DNA of 64,000 nt from Escherichia phage Delraymugoa: the sequence record OR896825.1, one strand, 5' to 3'. Position numbers and translations under genes: made by a program. Positions 63,792 through 64,000 of the stretch are shown here, piece after piece. Under the pieces are notes generated by a model. That model ran no database searches. It worked only from the letters and a program-made list of their open reading frames with translations, and was not told the origin of the DNA. Within the stretch, counting starts at the first letter, position 1; each line of letters begins with the position of its first letter.

Positions 63792-64000
63792 TTATTTGGT
63801 AGTACCGTCAATAAAATGTTTACGGCACACAGAGACATATTTATCCTCTGCACCAACTTCTATTTGAGCACCATCGCGAATAACATTACCCTCTTTATCT
63901 ACACGAAGGACCATTGTTGCTTTCTTGCCACAATGACAAATACCCTTCATTTCGACCAGTTTATCAGCAAATGCCATTAATGCCGCAGATCCTTCAAATA
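63792..64000 (-). CDS. tk: thymidine kinase, C-terminal part (5' end outside window)
   Basis: ORF open to window end; C-terminal zinc motif CHCGKKA...CRKH typical of thymidine kinases; adjacent to rI as in T4. Confidence 0.6.
   Translation of the reverse strand, partial: FEGSAALMAFADKLVEMKGICHCGKKATMVLRVDKEGNVIRDGAQIEVGAEDKYVSVCRKHFIDGTTK

Noticed and set aside
1-64000. CRISPR arrays, integrase or transposase genes, rRNA/tRNA genes
   Set aside because: No regularly spaced direct repeats, no recombinase or transposase motifs and no RNA-gene signatures were seen; repeats present are promoter/terminator cassettes and paralogous coding repeats

Overview
This window reads as a segment of a T4-like (T-even type) myovirus genome. 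Nt 1-6655 on the + strand carry late genes: the 3' end of a gp35-like tail fiber gene, gp36, a gp37 long tail fiber whose C-terminus is an intramolecular-chaperone (peptidase S74-type) domain, and holin t. A bidirectional terminator at about 6661-6692 separates these from about 57 kb of minus-strand early genes in T4 order: topoisomerase gp52, rIIB, rIIA, gp39, dexA, dda, gp56, gp61, gp41, uvsX, gp43, regA, gp62/44/45, gp46, gp47, gp55, nrdG, nrdD, gp49, nrdC, dam, rI and the 3' end of tk, with many small unknown ORFs between them. Early transcription appears to run from more than 20 sigma70-type promoters, many embedded in stem-loops resembling the PeSL cassettes reported in some T4-type phages. 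The most unusual features are: a T2/T6-type gp38-like glycine-rich adhesin gene sitting alone in the early region far from gp37; two tandem arrays of paralogous genes flanking the nrdG/nrdD genes; a 489-aa P-loop ATPase next to gp55; a secreted DUF1311-like protein; hairpins that sequester the ribosome-binding sites of rI and a Mod-like gene; and the absence of gene 42, beta-gt, alpha-gt and motA/asiA-sized ORFs at their T4 positions. All calls are from reading the sequence and recalled family motifs; no database search was run. The ORF track uses ATG/GTG/TTG starts, so several starts were moved to an internal ATG or GTG with a Shine-Dalgarno sequence; starts of small ORFs remain approximate.
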